Shown here in pieces: positions 25,461-36,490 of a DNA stretch of 64,000 bases. The translations under genes were made by a program, and so were the position numbers. The stretch lies in the NCBI GenBank assembly GCA_950097015.1, contig CATNEN010000001.1:27218001-27282000 (forward strand). The letters run 5' to 3'. The notes beneath the pieces are model-generated. The model did not search any database. It saw only the letters and a list, made by a program, of their open reading frames with translations, and was not told the origin of the DNA. Origin of the DNA: Macrostomum hystrix. Lineage: Eukaryota; Animalia; Platyhelminthes. Within the stretch, counting starts at the first letter, position 1. The number at the start of each line of letters is the position of its first letter.

Positions 25461-28451
25461 GCTCGTATTCGTAAATCATTTCGATTAAATGTGGAAATGC
25501 AAAGTTGGTAATTAAAATGTGTCACGAGCCTGTTTTATTGTAAAAAGCAGAGAGCAAATCCAGCATATCAAACTTGCAGTTTTGTGTTTACAAAACTCCG
25601 CTCTGAATAACATTCGCTCTGTCAATATGAAATATAGTTTTTGGTGCTAGAATGTTATTGTGCTGTTACCCGCATGCAAAGCTGAAAAATGAAAGCAATA
25701 CCTATTTCGAGTATCGCAGGAGAGCACAGTGAAGAGTGGGGTATTACAGCCAGTTCTGTCTCAGCAAACTCGAGGGGCTCTCAAATCTAAACTGGCGGTG
25801 TTTTTCTTCAGAAGAATCCGCCGATAAAGGATCGCTGTAAAGAGGTCTCTGCGGTTGATTTTATCCAGCAATTTTTTGTGTGTAAAATATAATTTATATC
25901 TTTCTATTCAATTCTGTTTTTAGGGGGGGTTGCAGAGCTAAATGCTGGTTTTGTCTTCTGCTCTGACACGGGTTGCAAGTGGAAGGGAGGGCCTGAATGA
26001 ATGCGAGACACACGAGTGTGTGAGGGAGAGCAGACGGAGGGCTGTTTGATCCTTGCCGCCCTGACTGCAGGCCATTGTGGGCTGCTCGCGGACCGTTTGT
26101 TGTAGGCCGCAAGCCCTATAGTCTCTCTCCTTCCTCTCTCACTCCCCGTATGCAACCGTCTCCTTATTCCCAAATCCCTCTTCTTCCCGATTGCGTCAGT
26201 GAACTCGGATGAGGCGGCGGCGGCGGCGGTCTTTCTAAGAAAGGAAATCTGGGCTCGCGATTTTCAGATCGCGGGCTTGGGATCGGGATAAAAGGCGGTG
26301 CGGGTGCAGATCCCCGGAGGAGGGGTTAGCTGCGGCGATCACATCAAAGGGCCGCGCCGCACCTCATTGAATTGTGCAGGAATTAATAAAGGCATTATGT
26401 GTGAAGGCCCGGACATGGTCTATTGCTTTCGCGAGCCCATCGTATTTTACTGTACCAAATGTTACCAGCACTAGCCTGGGCAGATTTTACAACATCACAT
26501 CCCAAATCCTGTGTGTAGTGAGGGATCTCATCCTTCAAGACACCTTGACATGGATAATAGCACTGTATAGGATAAAATTTATTATCAATGATTTATTAGC
26601 CATATTCGCTATGCTTAAGATATTTGGTAATTCGCGCGGATAAAGCAGTCGCGAAAATGGTGGGATAATATTCCCAACAAGAAGCTACAATTAATGGCAA
26701 AATTTCAAGTGTGGATTTCTCGAATTCTAGGAAAAATACCCGAAAGAGTATAACAAACACAGTAACCCATCTCGCGAAATCCTTTGCAAAATAGTAAAGC
26801 AAAAAGCTCTTGCCTACCTGATATTTACATACAAAAGCGTTTAGCTTTTATATTAAGCAAATCTAATTCGTTATCGAGCAATGATCGCGAGATGTCACCT
26901 TATTCAGCAAATTGGCCAAAAAGCGCCAAGTGCCTAGAATAGAATTCAGTTGGTTGGACAAAAACATGCTTCTCTGCGTAAACATTCTGATCAAAAGCTA
27001 TCTTTTATTTGGGTATTTTTATAACTTCTCGGTTCTTTTTACTGTCGTGTCTGATCTGTTAGTACCGAAGTTTTACTGTCGCTTTCCCTCCCACTGCAGG
27101 GGCAAGCAGTGTTTTATTTACAGTTCTGATGAAATTCATGAGGTTAATTAAATTGTATCGACTCGCAATCAGTTCAAACACAGCCAGATTTTATTCTGGC
27201 TTTGTTAAAGCATTTTTAGTTTCACATGACTGAATGGGCCTTAGCAGACCACCCAGACTTTAGAACAGAAAATTTTCATTGGAAAGTAAAAAACAGAACT
27301 AGTTAAACTTTAGTAGTTTTGTGCAAAATGAGAATTATTAAAATACCATTGACAATGTATATGGCCGTATGGCGAATAAACGTTCAAAAAATCACATTTC
27401 TGTTTCATTATTACATCTCACATGTCAGAGGCAAATTGTATAGCTTAAATGGAAATTTTGATAAATCTCGAGTCTTTCAGATAACTTTTGCTTAGTATGC
27501 TACTAATAAGTAGGAGCCAGATACTATTGAACTGAATTGTGTTTCTACCGGTCAACAACTGAAACAAAAGTTAAATACAAAAATATTTATATTTTTATTG
27601 AATTTATCTGTTTTATAAAAAATGACATTATTTAACGAAATACAAAAGTTAAAAGATTCAAATCCACAAACACAGTACGTACGAACATTGATTTATGCGA
27701 TAATGCTTAATTGATTCTTACTGAGAAACGAAAAATAAAATAAAACATTTGAATTGGTGATTTGAATTACGACATGTGGTCGGACCGGTAACTTATACAT
27801 AAAATGTAAATATATGACTTATGTATTGGAAGAGTTACATAAAACTTAACAATCTTATAAGTGTGGCAAATATTCAAACAATTTTACTGGGATTAGAATG
27901 TATTTAAAAGGATGTAAAATGATTAGAATGTAAATTGTATTTATGTATTACATAACACAAATATTTAAAAGATGTAATCATTCACACAACAGATTTAATA
28001 GTGATTTAATAGTTTTTTATAATTAAAATTTAAATAGAATAAGGAAGGAAAGTACACTACGACAAGATAAAAAAATATTAATCAATTTATCTAAGAATTA
28101 GTTTCAAAAGTTAGTTAATAGTTAAAACGTTGTTTACATTTTCAGCAAAGGCAAATACGCTAAACTTATCAGTAAGCAATAAACAAGTAAGTTAAAAATA
28201 TTAATTGATTTCGCGAGAAAGAGAGATTCCAAGAACACATGCTCGCTTGTGTGGCCTGTAAAGTGAATTTGAACAAGTAAAACCTATGTAGTGGCTATGG
28301 ACAAGTTCAATATAGCCAGGTATAACAAATCTACCGGTTAATACAGACAACTCAAGAATAACAGAAACGTGACGACAAGAAGTAAAAGCATGTAACGCAT
28401 TTGACTCCGAGGTTGCCATGGTGACGACTCGTCAGTGTGTCCTTCCGAATC

Positions 28452-29597
28452 CTACTTTGAGATCATCATAGGCGAGCTGTGACCGCTGGATTCGGCGCTG
28501 CTGCCGGCGCTGCCTGCTGACAGGCTGGCCATTGTTGTTGCGGGACTCGGGATGGCCACCGAGAGACCGTCGCAACTCCAGATCTCACTGCTGAACTCCT
28601 GCTGCTGCTGCTGATACTGCTGGTGGCTGTACTGCGGCTGGAAGGGATGGTATGAAGGCAGCCAGTGTTGCTGCTGCTGCTGCTGCTGCAGGCCCCAGCC
28701 CCAGTGCTGCTGGAACTGGTGCAGCTGCCAGGCCTGCTGCTTGTCCGTCAGCTGCAGGTGCGAGTTTTGCTTGAAGCCGTGCGACCTCGGTGGCTGGCGC
28801 AGCTTCGTGCTGCCGAACTTTGTCTGGGCAAAGTCGGCCGCCGTGTAGCGATGGCCACCTCCTAGCTGCTGACGCGGCTGGTGGGCCCACGTAGGATCGG
28901 CCACTGGCTCCGTCAGTTGCACCTGCTGCTCGGGGCACTCAGCGTCCGCCGTCGGGTTCTCTGAAGAGTATAACTGCGTCACCGCGCCTGCAGGTTCGGG
29001 CGGATGATGGCGTCATTGTCACCCTCTGAGTCACTCTTGAAAGCTTTGAAGTTTTTTGGATTGTTTGATTCTCATTTGAGATTCTTATCATTCGATTGGC
29101 TTTGTCTTGCTAGTCATGTGTAGGAGGCGTGGGCTGGGGAAGGACCCGAAAGACTACCTTTTTTGGAAGGTTGACTTTTGTGACATTGCTAGAAAATTCT
29201 TCGAATTGTTTACAACCTACTGGCATCATCAATAATTCAGTAGTATAGTTGGGACACTGCAGGAAAGGCGCTGACCTTTCTCGCCAACGCGGCAGGACAC
29301 TTCTCCGGGATCGATCCACAGGGTGAGATTCTGCGGCAGGTGCTTCATCAACTCGGCCGGCTCCAGGCCTGTGTCTCGAGCGGCATCCAGCAGGATGGGG
29401 TCTGACTGCTCGCCGGAGATCTTCAGGCAGCGAAAGGCGGTGCCCTTTAACGGCTGTTCGGGATACCAGTGGCCCTGGAACTTTGCCATCAGGTTGCAGT
29501 CGAGCTGCTCGCCGAACAGGTTCACCCTGCGCCTGGGCATCCGGTTGTACAGGAAGGACAGGACGAAGTTCACCGCGATCGACACTTCGGCGCGCAT
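28452..29597 (-). CDS. tob: Tob-type BTG/Tob anti-proliferative protein (CAF1 deadenylase adaptor), 285 aa; exons 29597-29276 and 28987-28452
   Basis: BTG domain (MRAEVSIAVNFVLSFLYNRMPRRRVNLFGEQL...GHWYPEQPLKGTAFRCL...LPQNLTLWIDPGEVSCRVGEKG) and the Tob-specific motif YTAADFAQTKFGSTKLR. Phase-1 GT-AG intron 29275-28988 rejoins EKG|AVTQLY. A splice acceptor lies 9 nt upstream of the ATG. Confidence 0.92.
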
Positions 29598-29634
29598 GAC
29601 GTCTGGCTGTTTGAAATTAAAGTGAGGTTGAAGG

Positions 29635-29890
29635 CTGATTGGTAGAATGTCGAGGCTGATTGGTAGAATGGCGATGTTGATTGGGAGAATGTCGATGTTG
29701 ATTTGTAGAATGTCAAGTTGATTGGTAGAATGTCAGGTTGATTGGTAGAATGTCCGAGGTTGGTTGGGAGAATGTCGAGGCAATTTGGTAGAATGTCAAG
29801 TCGATCGGAAGAATTTCAAGTTGATTGGTAGAATGTCAAGTCGATCGGTAGAATGTCCGAGGTTGGTTGGGAGAATGTCGATTGGTAGGA
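29635..29890. repeat. ~20-bp degenerate minisatellite (gattggtagaatgtcaagtt)n
   Basis: Tandem units immediately upstream of the Tob 5' splice acceptor. Confidence 0.85.
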
Positions 29891-30494
29891 TATCGAGAGA
29901 AAGCATTAACTATAGAAAGTGCTGAAGTAAATAGTTGGCGCAATAGATGTTTATTACGGGTTGAGGCTCCACCAGACACTTACCAGAGTTTCTTGAGTCC
30001 TTGTGCTTGTCTAGTAATGCTCGCAGTGTTTTCAAGAATCGGTATCGAGTTGTTGAAAATGAGTCTCTCCCATTATATATACACATAAAAATTTCATTTT
30101 GATGAGACCATTTCAGGATCAGGCCTCTCAGCCAATCAGAAATCGCCACTAGAGAAGGAGAGAGAGATGGGAGAGGAGAAGAGACGAAGAGACTGGTGAA
30201 ATTGAGTACAGCTATTTTTAGCACGTTTGAGTTGCCAAGGGCTCATTGCGTTTATTCATTCGGGTCGAATTCGTTCATTCATTCGTGCCGTCTGAAAAAA
30301 AGATTAGTCCCTTTCAGAGGGAAGGAGACGGAGTGGAAAGTGATGCTGAAAAGCCTGCATCCCGGATGAACGTGGGCGGTCGCGGCTTGGATTTCTGCCA
30401 AAACCAGAATTGAAAAACACGAGATTGCTCTGCAGTGTCAGTTATTAAATGCGTCACACTTACAATCAATGGCGCATAAATGTGGAGGCGGAGG

Positions 30495-31060
30495 AGAGAA
30501 GTAGAGTGACTGATTAAGAGAGAAGTAGAGTGACTGATTGAGAGAGAAGTAGAGTGACTGATTGAGAGAGAAGTAGAGTGACTGATTGAGAGAGAAGTAG
30601 AGTGACTGGTTGAGAGAGAAGTAGAGTGACTGATTGAGAGAGAAGTAGAGTGACTGGTTGAGAGAGAAGTAGAGTGACTGGTTGAGAGAGAAGTAGAGTG
30701 ACTGATTGAGAGAGAAGTAGAGTGACTGGTTGAGAGAGAAGTAGAGTGACTGGTTGAGAGAGAAGTAGAGTGACTGATTGAGAGAGAAGTAGAGTGACTG
30801 GTTGAGAGAGAAGTAGAGTGACTGGTTGAGAGAGAAGTAGAGTGACTGGTTGAGAGAGAAGTAGAGTGACTGGTTGAGAGAGAAGTAGAGTGACTGGTTG
30901 AGAGAGAAGTAGAGTGACTGATTGAGAGAGAAGTAGAGTGACTGGTTGAGAGAGAAGTAGAGTGACTGGTTGAGAGAGAAGTAGAGTGACTGGTTGAGAG
31001 AGAAGTAGAGTGACTGATAGTGAGAAAGTAGTAGAGTGACTGATAGAGAAAAGTAGAGTG
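30495..31060. repeat. 24-bp minisatellite (agagaagtagagtgactggttgag)n
   Basis: ~23 units. Confidence 0.95.
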
Positions 31061-31984
31061 ACATTGTGTGGAAATAGGAGAGAAGTATTTCTCACAGATA
31101 GAGACAGAGGCTACAGGAGCAGAAGACTTATTCATCATTAGCCCAAGCCGGTCTCTCCATCTCCCTAACAGCAAAGTGCTCCAGTTTTTTCAACTCTCCC
31201 ATTTTCTCCCACGGAACAGGAAGAATGGCTTCTATTGAGAAAAGAAAACAGTTTTCCACATCGTCTGCGGCTGATGGAGAGTTGAGTTGGGAGCCGAGGA
31301 TGAGTGGCTGCCGAAGTCCCTTAAAGTGCGCAGAGACTCGCCCATCTGCCCGAAGGCCAAATCAATATTTGGGGGGGACAGCTGCAACGGCCAGATAGCA
31401 CAGCTGCTCTAAAAATATATCCTCCACCAACAGCTCAGCGTCTTCACTTTCCTGTCCCACTCCTCCCAACATCTCGTCCCTCATTTTTTATCCCCAAAAG
31501 CCTTGCCCTCGACTCGCAGCACCCGTAGCCCGACGCCCACGCGGTCTGAGGGAGCAACTGCCCAGACTTCCTCTTGTGCCCCGCTCCCCTCCCTTCATCG
31601 GTCTATTTTTATCCCGAGGCTAAATTTAGACAGCGGCTATTCTGAGCGAGTCTCAGAGAGAGAGAGAGAGAGAGAGAGAGCACTTTTGAGTGCGACTCAC
31701 GGCCGTAGCAGCTCAATCCTCTCCAGCTAAAAATAGATGCACCCAAAAATAGAAGGCCTAGTCTATTTAATCAATTCAACCAACATTGTTTGGTTTGCGT
31801 TGGTTGCTGGCGCGACCGTACAAAACAATGCCCCTTGGTACTGCACCCGGACTTGTCAATGCCAGGAACCGTGTGCTCTCAATTATTTAATAATCTGCAT
31901 TGATTCTTAGAATAGCTTATAAAAAATATCCGGTAGATGAAGTAGAACTAAAGTCATACCGCAGGTAAAGCCTGACACTAGTTA

Positions 31985-32262
31985 TGAGTCATCTGTGATA
32001 CCTGTGATTACCTGAGTCATCTGTGATGCCTGTGATTACCTGGGTCATCTGTGATACCTGTGATTACCTGAGTAATATGTGATACCTGTGATTACCAGAG
32101 TCATCTGTGATGCCTGTGATTACCAGAGTCATCTGTGATGCCTGTGATTACCTGAGTCATCTGTGATACCAGTTATTAGCTGAGTCATCTGTGATACCTG
32201 TGATTACCTGGGTCATCTGTGATACCAGTTATTACCTGAGTCATCTGTGATGCCTGTGATTA
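31985..32262. repeat. 28-bp minisatellite (gagtcatctgtgatacctgtgattacct)n
   Basis: ~10 units. Confidence 0.9.
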
Positions 32263-33294
32263 CGTTAGGTAATATCTCGTTACAAACAGAATTAAATCTC
32301 AGTTTGAAAATCTGTCATTTACCCGTGGTGGCAAAGCCAGAACCAGAAGATGCGCAGAAATTTAGTTTTCTTCAGCAAATTATTGATTACAAAAGTCATG
32401 TTATCGATGTTTTAGAAATTATCATTTTGTTTTAACCAGGTTGTCAAACAATTCATTGTCTGACTTTGCTATTTACCTCGCCCTAGAACTGACTAGCGTC
32501 ATTTTTCTAGCGAATCCTTAGAAGCAAATGGCTTTTAAAAGACAACCAATTGGAATCTAAAAATAGATGGACCAATTTGCACCCTGTATCCATGCAGTCA
32601 CGAAATCAAATCGGGACGAAATCGATTTGGAGTCTTCTCGGCTGATTAAAAATGCTCGGGGCGGCTCTGAAAGTGCATATTTCCCATTTTATCTTCATTC
32701 GTGTGTTTCGCTCTCTTTCGACTCGATGCTCGAAATTCTTAGACACACATTTTAGCGAAATACGTGCCACATGCAAACTACACTACTTAAAGGCGGTTGT
32801 CAGTAGCAATGTAAGGTTTCCGCCCATGCTCCAGACGGTGATGAAGGGGATGAAGGAAAAAGAAAACTGTTAATATTTGAAATACTCCCGTAGTCAACTG
32901 TTAAACTACTCATAAGTAGGCCAGTTTGGAGTTTTGCAAACTAAATTTGCTCCAGAAGCATTGCGTGCCACTCTAAAAAGTAGAGCAGTTATTCAAAATG
33001 ATATATCGATTGCGTGAAAATTTGTGAGGTCAAACGCCAAGCTGCTCTAAGGAGATCTCTTTCACCACCAGTGCTTGCCGGCATCCTGCTGCCAGTAGTC
33101 CTGGCGCTGAAAGCCAAACACGATACCGGATGCCCAGTAGAGCTCCTTACTTCCTCCGTGAGCATTGTGCGCTTGAGACTTGGTTGAGCAGGCCCACCAC
33201 TCACTCAACTTCTTCTGTCCTCTGCGACTTGGCAGTATTGGTTCGGGCTCTAGGATGCCGGATAACCGGATGGCAAGGCCAGTGTTTGTGCGCG

Positions 33295-33390
33295 ATTATA
33301 TAAGGAGCCCAGGAAGCTTTGAGAGGAAAAATTCACAAGCTGCAAAGAGCAGGGTCTGAAGAAAGTGCTCCGATCCGACAGAAAACCAAG
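33295..33390 (+). promoter_or_regulatory. Putative DDC promoter and non-coding first exon
   Basis: TATATAA at ~33297 and donor aag|gtgagc at 33390/33391. The next coding exon starts after an acceptor at 36480, 10 nt before the ATG. Confidence 0.5.
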
Positions 33391-33464
33391 GTGAGCCTGA
33401 AGCTTGCCGGCTCTGTTATCTACAATTTACAGTTCCTGAAGTTTAAAAGCCATGAAGCTTAAAA

Positions 33465-34340
33465 GTCCTAGAGTCCTGAAGTCCTAGAGTCCTGAAGTCC
33501 TAGAGTCCTGAAGTCCTAGAGTCCTGAAGTCCTAGAGTCCTGAAGTCCTAGAGTCCTGAAGTCCTAGAGTCCTGAAGTCCTATAGTCCTGAAGTCCTCGA
33601 ATCCTGAAGTCCTAGAGTCCTGAAGTCTTGAAGTTCTATAGTCCTGAAGTCCTAGAGTCCTGAAGTCCTAGAGTCCTGAAGTCCTAGAGTCCTGAAGTCC
33701 TAGAGTCCTGAAGTCTTGAAGTTCTATAGTCCTGAAGTCCTCGAATCCTGAAGTCCTCGAATCTTGAAGTCCACGAATCCTGAAGTCCTCGGATGATGAA
33801 GTCCTCGGATGATGAAGTCCTCGAATCTTGAAGTCCACGAATCCTGAAGTATTCGAATCCTGAAGTCCTCGAATCCTGAAGTCCTCGAATCCTGAAGTCC
33901 TCGAATCCTGAAGTCCTCGAATCTTGAAGTCCTCGAATCCTGAAGTCCTCGAATCCTGAAGTCCTCGAATCCTGAAGTCCTCGAATCTTGAAGTCCTCGG
34001 ATCCTGAAGTCCTCGGATCCTGAAGTCCTCGAATCCTGAAGTCCTCGAATCCTGAAGTCCTCGAATCCTGAAGTCCTCGAATCTTGAAGTCCTCGGATCC
34101 TGAAGTCCTCGGATCCTGAAGTCCTAGAGTCCTGAAGTCCTAGAGTCCTGAAGTCCTAGAGTCCTGAAGTCTTGAAGTTCTATAGTCCTGAAGTCCTCGA
34201 ATCCTGAAGTCCTCGAATCCTGAAGTCCTAGAGTCCTGAAGTCTTGAAGTTCTATAGTCCTGAAGTCCTCGAATCCTGAAGTCCTCGGATCCTGAAGTCC
34301 TCGAATCCTGAAGTCCTCGAGTCCCAGAGTACCCTAGAGT
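33465..34340. repeat. 16-bp minisatellite (gtcctagagtcctgaa / gtcctcgaatcctgaa)n
   Basis: Tandem array in the putative DDC first intron. Confidence 0.95.
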
Positions 34341-34994
34341 ACCTGTGTCAAGGTGTTTTCATCGATTTTTGCAACTCCATTAACAAACTCTCAGAAGTGG
34401 AATTTGACAACACAAGTTGGGCTCTGCAGTGATTGTATCCAAATCTGACATTTTTGCATTAATTCAGTAAAGTCAGGCCCTGGCACCCCATCTGACACTT
34501 CAGATCAATCTAACAGCGCAGTTTGGTAAAGTACTCTAATAAATCTCAGAGACAGAACTTTTATCCAACATTTGGTTCAGTTCTGATTCATTGCTGACCT
34601 CGCGACTGAATCCAACCCTCCGCCACCCCAGTTCAGAATGATGACAGGCGGACAACGCACAATGTCCCACACCCCGGGGCCCTGAAAGAGAAAGATTAGA
34701 TATGAAAGCACACCCAGCCGGTTCGCATGGTCTACCCAGACACTCGCTCATTGGACACTGGCACACATTCGACTAGAATTTAATCGACTAGAACTGAATG
34801 CAAAATTCAAGCTTAGATACAACCTACTGACATTTGGGCATTTGGCACACACCGAGTTTCGCAGAAAGCAATTTGAATACTAGTTTCATTTGGACATTCT
34901 GCCAGAATTTAGTCTGGTTAGTGACAATATTTTACTATCATTGTTCTGTTACCTCCTTAGCTTCTGGAACTAACATCTATTCCCCCACCTCCAT

Positions 34995-36450
34995 CCATTC
35001 CCAACTCATCTTATCCATTCCCACACCATCTCTATCCATTCCCACACCATCTCTATCCATTCCCAACTCATCTTATCCATTCCCACACCATCTCTATCCA
35101 TTCCCACACCATCTCTATCCATTCCCACACCATCTCTATCCATTCCCACACCATCTCTATCCATTCCCACACCATCTCTATCCATTCCCACACCATCTCT
35201 ATCCATTCCCACACCATCTCTATCCATTCCCACACCATCTCTATCCATTCCCACACCATCTCTATCCTTTCCCATCTCATCTCTATCCATTCCCACACCA
35301 TCTCTATCCTTTCCCATCTCATCTCTATCCATTCCCACCTCATCTCTATCCATTCCCACACCATCTCTATCCATTCCCACACCATCTCTATCCTTTCCCA
35401 TCTCATCTCTATCCATTCCCACCTCATCTCTATCCATTCCCACACCATCTCTATCCATTCCCACACCATCTCTATCCATTCCCACACCATCTCTATCCAT
35501 TCCCACTTCATCTCTATCCATTCCCACACCATCTCTATCCTTTGCCATCTCATCTCTATCCATTCCCACCTCATCTCTATCCATTCCCACACCATCTCTA
35601 TCCTTTCCCACTTCATCTCTATCCATTCCCACACCATCTCTATCCTTTGCCATCTCATATCTATCCATTCCCACCTCATCTCTATCCATTCCCACACCAT
35701 CTCTATCCTTTCCCATCTCATCTCTATCCATTCCCACCTCATCTCTATCCATTCCCACACCATCTCTATCCTTTCCCACCTCATCTCTATCCATTCCCGC
35801 CTCATCTCTTTCCATTCCCACCTCATCTCTATCCTTTCCCACTTCATCTCTATCCATTCCCACACCATCTCTATCCTTTGCCATCTCATCTCTATCCATT
35901 CCCACACCATCTCTATCCTTTCCCACTTCATCTCTATCCATTCCCACCTCATCTCTATCCATTCCCACATCATCTCTATCCTTTCCCACTTCATCTGTAT
36001 CCATTCCCACCTCATCTCTATCCTTTCCCATCTCATCTCTATCCATTCCCACCTCATCTCTATCCATTCCCACACCATCTCTATCCTTTCCCACCTCATC
36101 TCTATCCATTCCCGCCTCATCTCTTTCCATTCCCACCTCATCTCTATCCTTTCCCACTTCATCTCTATCCATTCCCACACCATCTCTATCCTTTGCCATC
36201 TCATCTCTATCCATTCCCACCTCATCTCTATCCTTTCCCACCTCATCTCTATCCATTCCCGCCTCATCTCCTTCCATTCCCACCTCATCTCTCTCCTCTT
36301 CCACTTCATCTCTATCCATTCCCGCCTCATCTCTTTCCATTCCCACCTCATCTGCATCTATTCCCACCCCATATCGATTCATTCCTACCTCATCTCAATC
36401 CACTCCCACCCAATCTCTATCCATTCCAACCCCATCTCCCTCATCTCTAT
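34995..36450. repeat. 21-bp minisatellite (ccattcccacaccatctctat)n
   Basis: ~68 units ending just before the acceptor of the first DDC coding exon. Confidence 0.95.
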
Positions 36451-36490
36451 CTAATAACTTAACTAATATCTCAATTCTAGGAATCCCACA

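Noticed and set aside
34834-36462. His/Pro-rich 542-aa ORF and antisense ORFs
   Set aside because: A 21-bp intronic minisatellite open in several frames on both strands.
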